From: an uncultured Chthonomonadaceae bacterium
GTDB lineage: Bacteria > Armatimonadota > Chthonomonadetes > Chthonomonadales > Chthonomonadaceae
Direction: 5' to 3'
Assembly (NCBI GenBank): GCA_963835065.1
Contig: CAWIEK010000044.1
Span: 384,001-448,000, forward strand
DNA: 64,000 nucleotides
The translations under genes were made by a program, and so were the position numbers. Positions 29,902-39,325 of the stretch are shown one piece after another (position 1 is the stretch's first letter; each line of letters starts with the position of its first letter). The notes beneath the pieces were generated by a model that searched no databases, was not told where the DNA came from, and was given only the letters and a program-made list of their open reading frames with translations.

Positions 29902-30795
29902 TTAAGGTTCTGCCGGGGGTTCGGAAACAACGGCGCGAAGCAGTTGCTCCGGCTGCGTACTTTCTCCACCTTGCGCGGGGCGCAGCAGCATATCTGAGGG
30001 CGTGGCCGGAGCGCTTGCGCCGCGCAGCAGCGATTGGCTGATTTCCTGTCGCTGCGCAATCGCTTTTAGCTGTTCCGATGTTTGCGCCGCCGCCTGCGCC
30101 ACATCTTGTGAGGCCGCGCTTGCCGCAATACGCTCCACGATGCTTATGGCCTGCGTATCTTCGGCAAGTACGGTCACGCGCAGAATCGCAAGGGATAAAT
30201 TTCTGTCACTCTGGCCGAGTTGATCTTTGGCGGATTCCAGCAGATGATATAATGCGGTACGCTGCCCGACCGTCAACATACGCGCCGTATTCGCGTCCAT
30301 AAGTGGCACAAGCCGGTACAGGGCGGTCATCAGGGTCGGACGGGTGTTTGTGTCCGCGTAGTTCAGCGCTTCCGCAAGCGGGCCGGCAACCTGTACATCC
30401 TCCAATCGCGCCAGAACGCGGGCAATCTGGTTCCATTGCTGATTGTGCAGGTGTTCGTGATACTGTCGGCGCGGGTTCCAATCATCGAACCAACCGCCCA
30501 TGCAGCCCACGTCGCCTATACATCCCAAACTGCCGTCCGAGGCCACGAGCAGCGCCAGCAAAGCAACAATAACCACGCCAATCAGCAGCGCGGGCAGCAG
30601 GATAATGCGCAGGCCGAGCAGCAGCATGGACAGTTTTTTGCCCGTGTTCGGCGTTTTTTGCAGTTCGGCAACCAGGCGCGACACGGCAAGCGGCCCCATC
30701 TGCGCCAGTTCCTCGCGGGCGGCTGCCATTTCGCGCGCATTGCCGCTGTCCATACGCTTTACCAGCGCCATCAGTTGTTTGCTAGCTTCTGCCAT
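29902..30795 (-). CDS. Membrane-anchored HEAT-repeat-like protein, paralog 1
   Basis: TM segment, EDVQVAGPLAEAL and a C-terminal LLRG...LLRP...LLRA tail. Confidence 0.72.
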   Translation of the reverse strand: MAEASKQLMALVKRMDSGNAREMAAAREELAQMGPLAVSRLVAELQKTPNTGKKLSMLLLGLRIILLPALLIGVVIVALLALLVASDGSLGCIGDVGCMGGWFDDWNPRRQYHEHLHNQQWNQIARVLARLEDVQVAGPLAEALNYADTNTRPTLMTALYRLVPLMDANTARMLTVGQRTALYHLLESAKDQLGQSDRNLSLAILRVTVLAEDTQAISIVERIAASAASQDVAQAAAQTSEQLKAIAQRQEISQSLLRGASAPATPSDMLLRPAQGGESTQPEQLLRAVVSEPPAEP

Positions 30796-30872
30796 GATGC
30801 CGCCAAATTCACCAATAAAGGTTGGAAATCCTGCTTCCCCGCCTGCTTGCTTCCTCCCCGCATTATCCTCGC

Positions 30873-30901
30873 TTGACAAGATTTGCGTGTATCGCTATAA
30901 T
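30873..30901 (+). promoter_or_regulatory. Consensus sigma70 promoter upstream of hrcA
   Basis: TTGACA-N17-TATAAT, exact consensus. Confidence 0.85.
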
Positions 30902-31026
30902 AGAAGAGGCAGCAATGGCTGTGTTGGCAGGTTCCCTGCTGTTGTTCCGTCATTCTTTTGTGTTTGCCCGGTTGTAATTTGTTTCTTTTTCTTGCGTCGA
31001 ACCTTCTTCAGGAGGCTTTGAGCCTA

Positions 31027-32073
31027 ATGTCGTTTCTGGATCATCGCAAAATTCGCATACTGCAAGCCATCGTTAATGATTACGTGGTCACTACCAAGCC
31101 CGTCGGTTCCGAACGCCTGATTGAAGTGTACAAGTTGGGCTGCAAGTCCGCTACGGTGCGTAACGAAATGGCCGAAATGGCCGAGATGGGCTATCTCATT
31201 CAGCCGCACACGTCGGCGGGGCGCATCCCCACGGATCGCGGCTACCGCTATTACGTGGATCAATTAATGGATTCGAGCGTCACGCTGTCCGAGGAGGAAG
31301 TGCGCAAAGCCGATTTGCAGGCGCAGCGCAACACCAGCGAAATTGAGGAGATTTTGCTGCAAACGTGCCGCATCCTGTCGCGTATGACTTCGTATCCCTC
31401 ACTGGCAACCGACCCGTCTACCGAGACAACGACCATTCGCCGCGTGTATCTCACGGAAGCCAGTCCGCGCCACGCCCTGCTGATTGCCCTGCTGTCCAAC
31501 GGGCACGTCGAGCATCGTCTGATTGACGTGGAAACAACGCTGACGGACACCGCCCTGCTGCAATTGTCCAATTATGTCAACAGCCTGTCCGAAGGCCGCG
31601 AACTGGAAGAAATCAGCCGGGGGATCGCGGTGGGTGAAATGCCCGGCGAATTGTCGGCCTTTTTCGCCACCATTCACAAAATTGTCAAAGTTCTGGCGCA
31701 GACCGCCCAATCGCTTTTGGAGCGCCGCGTCTTCATGGAAGGCGCGTCCAACATCCTGCGGCAGCCGGAATTTCAGGACGTGCAGCGATTGGAAAGCCTG
31801 CTCAACGCGCTGGAACAGCGCGGGCAGATTTATCAGGTTCTCAGCCAATCCCTGCGCGACTGCTGCACCACCATCATCATCGGCGCGGAAAACGGCTACG
31901 CGCCCATGCAGGAGTGCAGCATCGTCACGACTTCCTACCATATCGGGACGCGCACCGCAGGCTACTTAGGCGTCGTCGGCCCCACCCGGATGCAGTACGA
32001 ACACACCGTCGCCGCGGTCAGCCTGATGGCGCAAAACTTGTCTACGGTGCTTACCAATTTATGCCTTGCTTGA
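31027..32073 (+). CDS. hrcA: Heat-inducible transcription repressor HrcA
   Basis: Motifs PVGS, SATVRNEM, QPHTSAGRIPTDRGYRYYVD and GVVGPTRMQY. AGGAGG RBS. Confidence 0.97.
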   Translation: MSFLDHRKIRILQAIVNDYVVTTKPVGSERLIEVYKLGCKSATVRNEMAEMAEMGYLIQPHTSAGRIPTDRGYRYYVDQLMDSSVTLSEEEVRKADLQAQRNTSEIEEILLQTCRILSRMTSYPSLATDPSTETTTIRRVYLTEASPRHALLIALLSNGHVEHRLIDVETTLTDTALLQLSNYVNSLSEGRELEEISRGIAVGEMPGELSAFFATIHKIVKVLAQTAQSLLERRVFMEGASNILRQPEFQDVQRLESLLNALEQRGQIYQVLSQSLRDCCTTIIIGAENGYAPMQECSIVTTSYHIGTRTAGYLGVVGPTRMQYEHTVAAVSLMAQNLSTVLTNLCLA

Positions 32074-32076
32074 GGA

Positions 32077-32168
32077 AGGCATTAGGCATTGGGCATTAGG
32101 CATTAGGGAAGATAAACATTCTAACTGACCTCCTGCTAATGCCTAATGCCCAATGCCTAATGCCTAAT
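32077..32168. repeat. Heptamer palindrome (AGGCATT)4 ... (AATGCCT)4
   Basis: Same unit as 21369. Fills the hrcA-grpE gap. Confidence 0.93.
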
Positions 32169-32189
32169 TTGAAGGAGTTTCCACCACCT

Positions 32190-32843
32190 ATGCGACGAAA
32201 GATTGAAATTACCCCCGACGGGCAATCTTATATGGATAGCGAACCGGGTCTTGATGTTGAAGAGCAGGCGTCGGAACACGACGACTCTGCCCCCTCCGCC
32301 AATGGCGCGTCACACGCGGATGGCGCGGAAGCCAAGCCAGATTTTAAAGGTGCGGGCGTTGGCGGCGCGGAAGCCACGATTACCGCCCTGCAAGCCGAAA
32401 ACGAAGAACTGCGGACGCGCGCCGCGGACGCGGAAAAGCGTCTCATTTACGCGCAGGCGGAGTTCCAGAACGCGAAGCGGCGCATGGAAGAAGAAATCCA
32501 AAATCGGCAGAGGTACGCGACGGGCGAGTTCGTCAAAAACCTGCTGCCCGTCCTGGACAACTTCGAGCGCGCCCTCAAAGCCGCCGAGCAAACTCAAAAC
32601 TACGACGCTTTAATCAGCGGCGTCAATGGCACGTTAAAACAACTGCTGTCCGCCCTGCAAAAAGCCGGTATCACGCCCATTGAAGCGGTGGGACAGGAAT
32701 TCGACCCCAATTACCACGAGGCCATCGGGCACACGGAAAGCGCCGAATTCCCCGCCAACACCGTCGCGGAAGAACTACAGCGCGGCTACATCATGCACGA
32801 CCGCGTTCTCCGCCCCACGCTCGTTAAGGTGGCGCAAGGCTGA
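32190..32843 (+). CDS. grpE: Nucleotide exchange factor GrpE
   Basis: Motifs AEFQNAKRR, LLPVLDNFERAL, FDPNYHEA and GYIMHDRVLRP. Confidence 0.97.
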   Translation: MRRKIEITPDGQSYMDSEPGLDVEEQASEHDDSAPSANGASHADGAEAKPDFKGAGVGGAEATITALQAENEELRTRAADAEKRLIYAQAEFQNAKRRMEEEIQNRQRYATGEFVKNLLPVLDNFERALKAAEQTQNYDALISGVNGTLKQLLSALQKAGITPIEAVGQEFDPNYHEAIGHTESAEFPANTVAEELQRGYIMHDRVLRPTLVKVAQG

Positions 32844-32931
32844 GTTAGTTGATAGTTGATAGTTGATAGTTGATAGTCCCGTCTGCCGGGCTACTTTCCT
32901 ATCAACTATCAACTATCAACTATCAACTATC
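32844..32931. repeat. Heptamer palindrome (TAGTTGA)4 ... (TCAACTA)4
   Basis: Occupies essentially the whole grpE-glmM intergenic space. Confidence 0.95.
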
Positions 32932-32934
32932 CCT

Positions 32935-34314
32935 ATGAACGAACGACTTTTCGGAACCGATGGCGTGCGCGGCGTGGCGAACGTGGGTTTGCCGGCGAAA
33001 CTGGCGCTGGAATTGGGCTGCGCGGCGGGGCACTGGGCGCGGCGCGCGGCGCTGCCTTCAGATTCCACCTATGCGCGCCCGACGATTATCATTGGGCGCG
33101 ATACGCGCTTGTCTGGCGACATGCTGGAATCCGCGCTTGCGGCGGGCATGGCTTCCGCGGGCGTGGATGTGGTCAATGTCGGCGTTGTGCCGACCCCCGC
33201 GGTGGCGCAGATCGTGCTGGCGCGGGGCGCGAGCATGGGAGCCGTGATTTCCGCGTCCCACAACCCCTTTGAAGACAACGGCATCAAGTTCTTCGGCGCG
33301 AACGGCAAGAAACTCCCCGACCGCGTGGAAGACGACATTACCGGCCTGATGCACGTAATGGAGACCCTGCCCAAGCCCACAGGTGGCGACATCGGGCGCA
33401 TCCATTTGACGCGCCTGCCGGTTGCCGATTATGTGGAGCGGGTGACGGCAACGGTTGCCGCGCATGGCGCGACGCCGCTTGCGGGTTTGAAACTGGTCAT
33501 GGACTGCGCGAACGGCGCGGCCTATGAACTTGCCCCCAAAATCTTCCACGACTTAGGGGCGCACCTCACCCTCCTGGAAGTGGAACCCGACGGCATCAAT
33601 ATCAACGTAGACTGCGGTTCCACGCATCCCGAAGAAATGGCCGCGATTGTCCGCGCCACCACCGCCCACGCCGGGCTTGCCTTCGATGGCGACGCCGACC
33701 GCGTGATGCTGGCGGACGAAAACGGCAGTATTGTGGACGGCGACCGCATGATGGCGATTATCGCCCTGCACCTGCACGAAACAGGGCAGTTAGCCGGCAG
33801 CCTCGTGGTTGCCACCATTATGAGCAACGTCGGACTGGAACAAGCGCTGGAACAGCATAACATCCGCCTGCGCCGTACCGACGTGGGCGACCGCTATGTG
33901 GGCGAAGCCATGACCGAATTGGGCGCGGCGGTGGGCGGCGAGCAGTCCGGGCATATTCTGCTTCCCAATATGACCCCGACGGGCGACGGTTTGGTGACGG
34001 CGCTGCAGGTGCTGGCAATCATGCGGCAGTCCGGCAAACCCCTGTCGGAACTGGCGGGCGTGGTGCAAAACTACCCGCAGTTGCTCCAAAACGTCCGCGT
34101 CAAATCCAAGCAGGGCTGGAAAGAAGACAGCGACATCCAGGCCGCGATTGCGCAGGGGCGCGCGAAATTGGGCAAACCCGAATGGCTGTCTGTCCGTCCC
34201 TCCGGCACAGAACCACTGTTGCGCGTGATGGCGCAAGGCACGGACGAAGCCACCGTCCACAGCGTCGTCAACGAAATCTGCGCTGTCGTCGCTTCCAAAC
34301 TCGGCACGGCGTAA
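32935..34314 (+). CDS. glmM: Phosphoglucosamine mutase
   Basis: Motifs LFGTDGVRG, ISASHNP, FDGDADR, GGEQSGH and RPSGTEPLLRVM. Confidence 0.97.
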   Translation: MNERLFGTDGVRGVANVGLPAKLALELGCAAGHWARRAALPSDSTYARPTIIIGRDTRLSGDMLESALAAGMASAGVDVVNVGVVPTPAVAQIVLARGASMGAVISASHNPFEDNGIKFFGANGKKLPDRVEDDITGLMHVMETLPKPTGGDIGRIHLTRLPVADYVERVTATVAAHGATPLAGLKLVMDCANGAAYELAPKIFHDLGAHLTLLEVEPDGININVDCGSTHPEEMAAIVRATTAHAGLAFDGDADRVMLADENGSIVDGDRMMAIIALHLHETGQLAGSLVVATIMSNVGLEQALEQHNIRLRRTDVGDRYVGEAMTELGAAVGGEQSGHILLPNMTPTGDGLVTALQVLAIMRQSGKPLSELAGVVQNYPQLLQNVRVKSKQGWKEDSDIQAAIAQGRAKLGKPEWLSVRPSGTEPLLRVMAQGTDEATVHSVVNEICAVVASKLGTA

Positions 34315-34413
34315 GTTCTCCTGCCGCAAGCCGGCACATCAAAATTCACGTTTCCAGCGCGCGAAGGGGTTCAGCCCGTCGCGCCACCAAAAGAAGGTCT
34401 TCACGAGAACACT

Positions 34414-35454
34414 ATGACCACACCCCGTATCGCTTCCGTTTCCGCCGAACTGTTTCATACGCCCCTGCACAACCCGTTTGTCACGTCACAGGGCGTGGCG
34501 ACGGAAGCGTTGGGCGTGGCCGCGCTGCTGACTTTGGATAACGGCAAAACAGCGCGGGGAGAGTCCATTCCGGTCACGTATGTTACGGGCGAAACGCGCG
34601 ACACGGTGATGGAAACTATTGGGCGCGTCGGACCGGAATTGATCGGTGTGGACGTCACGCTCTGGCGGCAGGCGCTGAACCTTATCAAGGAACACGCCCC
34701 GGACGCTCCCTGCGCGCGGTGCGGGCTGGAAATGGCGGTTTTCGATGCGTGGGAACAGGCAACGGGCAGCCATTTGTGGAAACTGCTGGGCGGCGCGACG
34801 GAAAGCGTTGAATCCGACGTAACCATTCCCATACTGCCCAACGCGCAGGAACTGACCGAAATCGCGTGGGCGTTGGGCATCAACACGTTCAAAATCAAAG
34901 TGGGCGCGCGGGATGTGGAGGAAGACCATGCCCGCGTCCTTGCCGTGCGGGAAGCCGCGCCCCTTGCCCGCCTGCGCATTGACGCCAATCAAGCGTTTAC
35001 GCCCCCGCAGGCCGTTGCGTTTATCGAGCGCGCGGTGGCGGAAGGCGCGAACGTGGAACTGCTGGAACAGCCGGTCGCCAAAGAAGACATAGACGGCATG
35101 AGTTATGTGGCGGAGCGCAGCCCGGTTCCTGTTTTCGCGGATGAAAGCTGCCGCACGACAGCCGACGCGCTGCGCCTCGCGCAAACCCCCATACAGGGCT
35201 ACAACCTGAAAATCAACAAAAGCGGCATCGGCGCGGTCTTAGATATTATTGCCATCGGCAAGGCGGCAGGCAAGAAATTGATGCTCGGCTGTATGCTGGA
35301 AACCCGCCGCAGTATCGCCGTTTCACTAGGCATCGCTTGCGGCACGGGCGCGTTCGACTATCTTGATCTGGACTCGCACCTGCTTCTCGCCGAAGACGGC
35401 GTAAACCCCTACTTCGACCAGGTTGGCGGCAAAATCACGCTGCGGGTTGAGTAA
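34414..35454 (+). CDS. Dipeptide (L-Ala-D/L-Glu) epimerase, enolase superfamily
   Basis: Motifs FKIKVG, RIDANQ, LLEQP, ADES, NLKINK, GCMLET and DLDS. Confidence 0.9.
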   Translation: MTTPRIASVSAELFHTPLHNPFVTSQGVATEALGVAALLTLDNGKTARGESIPVTYVTGETRDTVMETIGRVGPELIGVDVTLWRQALNLIKEHAPDAPCARCGLEMAVFDAWEQATGSHLWKLLGGATESVESDVTIPILPNAQELTEIAWALGINTFKIKVGARDVEEDHARVLAVREAAPLARLRIDANQAFTPPQAVAFIERAVAEGANVELLEQPVAKEDIDGMSYVAERSPVPVFADESCRTTADALRLAQTPIQGYNLKINKSGIGAVLDIIAIGKAAGKKLMLGCMLETRRSIAVSLGIACGTGAFDYLDLDSHLLLAEDGVNPYFDQVGGKITLRVE

Positions 35455-35458
35455 ATAT

Positions 35459-35575
35459 TTCACCACCAAGACGCCAGGAACACCAAGATAAGAAAACAAC
35501 GAAAAGATAGTGAATGGGAAAACTGTTCGTTTTTCTTCTCGTTCTTCTTGGTGTTCTTAGCGTCTTGGTGGTGAA
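35459..35575. repeat. Nonamer-type palindrome (CACCAAGAC) between convergent genes, possibly a bidirectional terminator
   Basis: ttcaccaccaagacgccaggaacaccaaga pairs with tcttggtgttcttagcgtcttggtggtgaa. Confidence 0.88.
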
Positions 35576-35578
35576 TAG

Positions 35579-36757
35579 TTACGCCTGAATAATAGAAGCG
35601 GCAAAACGCTCCATCTCCTCTAACTGCGGGCTGCATTGCAGCAGCAGGAAATCCACGCCGACGGCTTCAAACGCGGCGATTTGTTCCTGCACCTGCGCGG
35701 GCGTTCCCACCAGACCGGAGCGCAGGCCGCGATTGGAAACCGAGTAATCTTCCAGCGACACCTGCTGTTCCAGTTTCGTTCCCGCCAGCCATTGCTGATA
35801 ATTGGCGTACCCCGCTGCGGAACTCTTGACATCCGTTATCCGCGCTTTTTCCGCCTGCGCGTCCGCTTCCGTGTCCCGCACGATGCTGTACGCCGCCACG
35901 CCATACAGCATCGGCTCCAATCCGAACTGTTTGCGCCGCGCGTTCATGTCCCGTATCCGCTCCCCGATCTTTTCGGGCGGGTCGCCGTGCATCACATACC
36001 CATCACACGTCCGCGCAATCAAATTCTTCGCCGCCTCCGACTCGCCGCCGGCGTAGAGGAGGGGAGTTGAGGGTAATGATGAGTGATGAGTGATGAGTGA
36101 TGAATGGGATTTTGCATTGTATTCATCATTCATCATTCCGCGTTCATCATTGCCTGCTGTTCCCTGTTCCCTGTTCCCTGTTCCCTGTCCCTCCTCTTCT
36201 TCCTTTTCCCTTTTCCCTTTTCCCTTTTCCCTTCCTAAAGGTTTCGGCTGCAAAATGTTGTCTTCAACCTTGTAATAGCGGCCTTCGTGGGAGAAATGGT
36301 CCTGCTGCCAGACGCCGTTGAGGACGGTGAGCCATTCTTCGGTGCGGGCGTAGCGGTCGTCGTGCTGCTCGAAGTGGACGCCGTATTTTTTGGCTTCGTC
36401 GGCCCACCACGAACTGACGACGTTGAGCGACAATCGGCCCCCGCTGATGTGGTCAATGTTGGCGGCTTGCTTGGCGAGCAGGGCCGGGGAATGGAACGTA
36501 GGCCGCACGGCGACCATGATTTCCTGTGTTTTGGTAATCGCCGCCAATGCCGCAGCCGTTGACCAGGCATCCAGCGAGGGCGCGTCCGTGCCTTTAATAT
36601 CGTTGAGGTTGAGTTCGGCCACGAGTGTCAGGTCAAAGCCGATTTCTTCGGCCCGCAAAGCCACGCGGGACGCATATTCCCACGTCGCCGCCATGTTCTC
36701 CTGTTCCACATTGCGCAGCCAGCCGCCGAAAATGGGCAGCCAATATCCGTAACGCAT
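35579..36757 (-). CDS. LLM-class flavin-dependent monooxygenase with a ~55-aa repeat-derived in-frame insert
   Basis: Motifs AEEIGFD, IMVAVRP, IDHISGGRLSLNVVS, YAGGES and LVGTPAQV. Confidence 0.92.
   Translation of the reverse strand: MRYGYWLPIFGGWLRNVEQENMAATWEYASRVALRAEEIGFDLTLVAELNLNDIKGTDAPSLDAWSTAAALAAITKTQEIMVAVRPTFHSPALLAKQAANIDHISGGRLSLNVVSSWWADEAKKYGVHFEQHDDRYARTEEWLTVLNGVWQQDHFSHEGRYYKVEDNILQPKPLGREKGKGKREKEEEEGQGTGNREQGTAGNDERGMMNDEYNAKSHSSLITHHSSLPSTPLLYAGGESEAAKNLIARTCDGYVMHGDPPEKIGERIRDMNARRKQFGLEPMLYGVAAYSIVRDTEADAQAEKARITDVKSSAAGYANYQQWLAGTKLEQQVSLEDYSVSNRGLRSGLVGTPAQVQEQIAAFEAVGVDFLLLQCSPQLEEMERFAASIIQA
36074..36233. repeat. Nested heptamer arrays inside the LLM gene: (TGATGAG)/(TCATCAT) hairpin + (CCCTGTT)4 + (CCCTTTT)4
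   Basis: Read directly from the sequence. The reading frame is preserved. Confidence 0.93.
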
Positions 36758-36763
36758 AAGTAA

Positions 36764-36888
36764 ATGATGAATGATGAGTGATGAATGATGAGTGATGACA
36801 GAGATGCGTATTCCGTTCCTCCCTGCTAATAGGAAAGAGCGAACTGAAGCGAATCTCTTCATCACTCATCATTCATCACTCATCATTT
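36764..36888. repeat. Heptamer palindrome (TGATGAR)n ... (YTCATCA)n
   Basis: Contains the ATP-grasp stop codon. Ends about 6 nt from the LLM ATG. Confidence 0.92.
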
Positions 36889-37843
36889 TCCTTTCTAAGA
36901 AGTCTGCCAACCGTTCGTGCGGGTCGAAGCCGATGACGCGGCGGGCGTCGGCGACGAAGTTGGACAGGGCGTTGATGTCATAATACACAAGCCGCCCGTC
37001 GCGGTCATCTACCATCACTTCGATGCCGCCTACGTCTATTTTGGCCGCCTGCATGATTTGTTCGACGGCGGCAATGGTTGCGGGCGCGGGGCTGGCGGCT
37101 TCTACGGTCAGGCCGGTTTTGGGCGCGTCAGCGGGGCAGGCCGCGCGTTCGAGCGCGACGCCGGATTGCGTTTGGCAAATGTCGGCGGGGCACAGATTGA
37201 AACTGTCGCCGGACGTGTACACATTGATGGCGTACAGAAATTTGCCGCCCAATGTTTCCAGCCGCGTGATGTGCCCACCCCGCGCCGGGATGTACTCCTG
37301 CACCAGCGCGGTAGAGTCTATGCCCAAATCAATTTCCTGACTGTCCGCCGCGCGTTTTAGCTGCTCCATGCTGTCGTAGCGCACGATTCCCGCGCCGCTG
37401 CCGCCGATGTTGGCCTTGACGACAACGGGAAAGCGCAAGCCTTCGGCGGCAAGGGGCGCGAGGCTGCCGTGATTGATGACATGCGCGGCGGGATACGCCA
37501 ATCCGAGCGAAGCCAGCAGTTGCAGTTGCAGCGCCTTGCTTGTCTCGTAGGTGAACGCCTGAACGCCATTAACAACCGGAATCCCTTGCCGCTCCAGATG
37601 GTTGAGCCAGCCGAGCGTGTAAAACAGGCTGTTGCCGCCATCGCGCAGGTACGCGGAGGGACTCATGCGGTTGAAGACGAGCGAATACGACGTGGCCTCC
37701 TCCCGCGAAGCCGGGTCGTACCAATGGCGGCGGGCGTCGAGTTTCACGTAGGGCACATTTCGCCGGTCAAGTTCGGCAAACAAGGGGCGGAACCAGTCCG
37801 GGTGTTCGTAATAAATGCCAATCGGCTTGTTTTGTGTGGTCAT
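36869..37843 (-). CDS. ATP-grasp (RimK/glutathione-synthetase-like) ligase
   Basis: Motifs FPVVVKANIGGSGAGI, LVQEYIP, GGIE and YYDINALSNF. Confidence 0.85.
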   Translation of the reverse strand: MTTQNKPIGIYYEHPDWFRPLFAELDRRNVPYVKLDARRHWYDPASREEATSYSLVFNRMSPSAYLRDGGNSLFYTLGWLNHLERQGIPVVNGVQAFTYETSKALQLQLLASLGLAYPAAHVINHGSLAPLAAEGLRFPVVVKANIGGSGAGIVRYDSMEQLKRAADSQEIDLGIDSTALVQEYIPARGGHITRLETLGGKFLYAINVYTSGDSFNLCPADICQTQSGVALERAACPADAPKTGLTVEAASPAPATIAAVEQIMQAAKIDVGGIEVMVDDRDGRLVYYDINALSNFVADARRVIGFDPHERLADFLERKMMSDE

Positions 37844-37877
37844 GGTGTTTTCACTGTCGTCCAGATGGAATACGCAA

Positions 37878-38723
37878 CTACTGACCGGACATTCGCAGCA
37901 ACTGTGTTTCATCTTCCGTTTGCGCGTTCGCTGCGGGGCGCAGCAGAATGTCGGGCGTTGTGGCGTGTTCCGAAGCGCGGAGCAGGGTTTGACTGCTTTG
38001 CATCTGCTGTGCCCGCAGTTGCAGGAACGGCAGGCAATTCAACGCCGCGTCCCGAACTTCCACATCCCCTATCGCGTTTTGCAGCAGACGCTCAACCGCT
38101 TCCAGTTCCGCGCCGTCGCCGATATGTTCATACGATTTCAGCACGGACACCGCCAGTTTTTTGTTGTCCGTGAACAAAACCTGCCGTAACTGTTTGCGTT
38201 GTTCGCCGTTGAGCAGGTGCGCGTCACTCGCCTGCAAACGCGGCAGCAGCCTGACTAACGCTTGCCGCGCTTCCTGCTGCGTGACTTCATCCTGGAAATT
38301 GAGCGCGTCTATAAGCGGCCCGACAATCCTAACATCTTCAAAGTTCAGCAACCGACGCACTCCGTTACTTCGCAAGTTCGGCCAACTTCCTGCAAGAACT
38401 AGCAATATTCCGAGCGGCCACCCAAATACCTGCAAGACGGGAGAATATTTAGGAGAACCATGAAATATGCAGTAACCTACAACAATGTTTCCTGCCAACA
38501 ATCCGAGGAGGCAAGACGCACCCAACTGCCAACGCTTACCCCACAGACTTGTCATCGCTTGATAGCTCGTAAGCAGGCGCGGCAAACCATCCGGCCACTC
38601 TTCGCGCAGTTCCTTAACAGCGGCCAGACGTTCCGCTTCCCGCTTGCTGTTGAGTTGCGCAATCAGCCTGGCGAAACGCTCATTTGCCTTGCGTTCTTCT
38701 TTTGTCAGCAGTTTGAGGGGCAT
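37878..38723 (-). CDS. Membrane HEAT-repeat-like protein, paralog 2
   Basis: Two TM helices, EDVRIVGPLIDAL and an LLRAS...LLRPA...LLRMS tail. Confidence 0.75.
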   Translation of the reverse strand: MPLKLLTKEERKANERFARLIAQLNSKREAERLAAVKELREEWPDGLPRLLTSYQAMTSLWGKRWQLGASCLLGLLAGNIVVGYCIFHGSPKYSPVLQVFGWPLGILLVLAGSWPNLRSNGVRRLLNFEDVRIVGPLIDALNFQDEVTQQEARQALVRLLPRLQASDAHLLNGEQRKQLRQVLFTDNKKLAVSVLKSYEHIGDGAELEAVERLLQNAIGDVEVRDAALNCLPFLQLRAQQMQSSQTLLRASEHATTPDILLRPAANAQTEDETQLLRMSGQ

Positions 38724-38772
38724 GGCTCACTACTCCGGGGGCTGAATATCTTCGATCATATCTGTCAGCAAT

Positions 38773-39222
38773 TTACCATGTTTTGAAGCGGTTAAGACTT
38801 GAAACATTCGGTTTCCAGTGAATAGTCATAAAGATGTCGTCATGTACCATGTCTGCCAGCGGTTGGGGCAGGGCAGCAACCCACTGTTCGATGGGAACAC
38901 TAACTCTATCCCAATAATCCAGAGCCGTTTGCGCGTCTGTCGCCATCGTCTGCCTGATGTGAATGAGCCGCCGTCCTGTTTCCGCATCTATGTGCGACTT
39001 GATTTCAAGCTGCTCCAGGGGGATGTTGGATTGTATCCGCTCCTGCGTGAGCAAATCTATCAAGTGATCTACAAGAGTTTTGTGGCAACTCAGCAGTGGC
39101 AAGACTGCCGTATCAATTTTGGGGCTAAAAGGCACAGCAGATACAGGGAGGGATGCAGAGCCTGACGTGTTCGCAGGAAAAACAGGAAAGAACGATTGTT
39201 GCACATTCACTTTTTCAGCCAT
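38773..39222 (-). CDS. Hypothetical protein between the duplicated HEAT-like genes
   Basis: 149-aa ORF with an AAGGA RBS and lower GC. Confidence 0.55.
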   Translation of the reverse strand: MAEKVNVQQSFFPVFPANTSGSASLPVSAVPFSPKIDTAVLPLLSCHKTLVDHLIDLLTQERIQSNIPLEQLEIKSHIDAETGRRLIHIRQTMATDAQTALDYWDRVSVPIEQWVAALPQPLADMVHDDIFMTIHWKPNVSSLNRFKTW

Positions 39223-39325
39223 ATCGGTGTCCTTATGCCTTACTTTAGTTGCGAGAACACGTTCCCTCAGGGTTACAGTGCAATACCTCATCGGAGAATT
39301 CCAGATTAGAATTATTCATACGCAA

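Noticed and set aside
32139..32934. Extended N-termini predicted for grpE (MPNAQCL...), glmM (MIVDS...STINYQL), the LLM gene and uvrA (MSLCLCGE...)
   Set aside because: They are translations of repeat arms. Downstream ATGs match family N-termini and, for grpE and uvrA, have an RBS.
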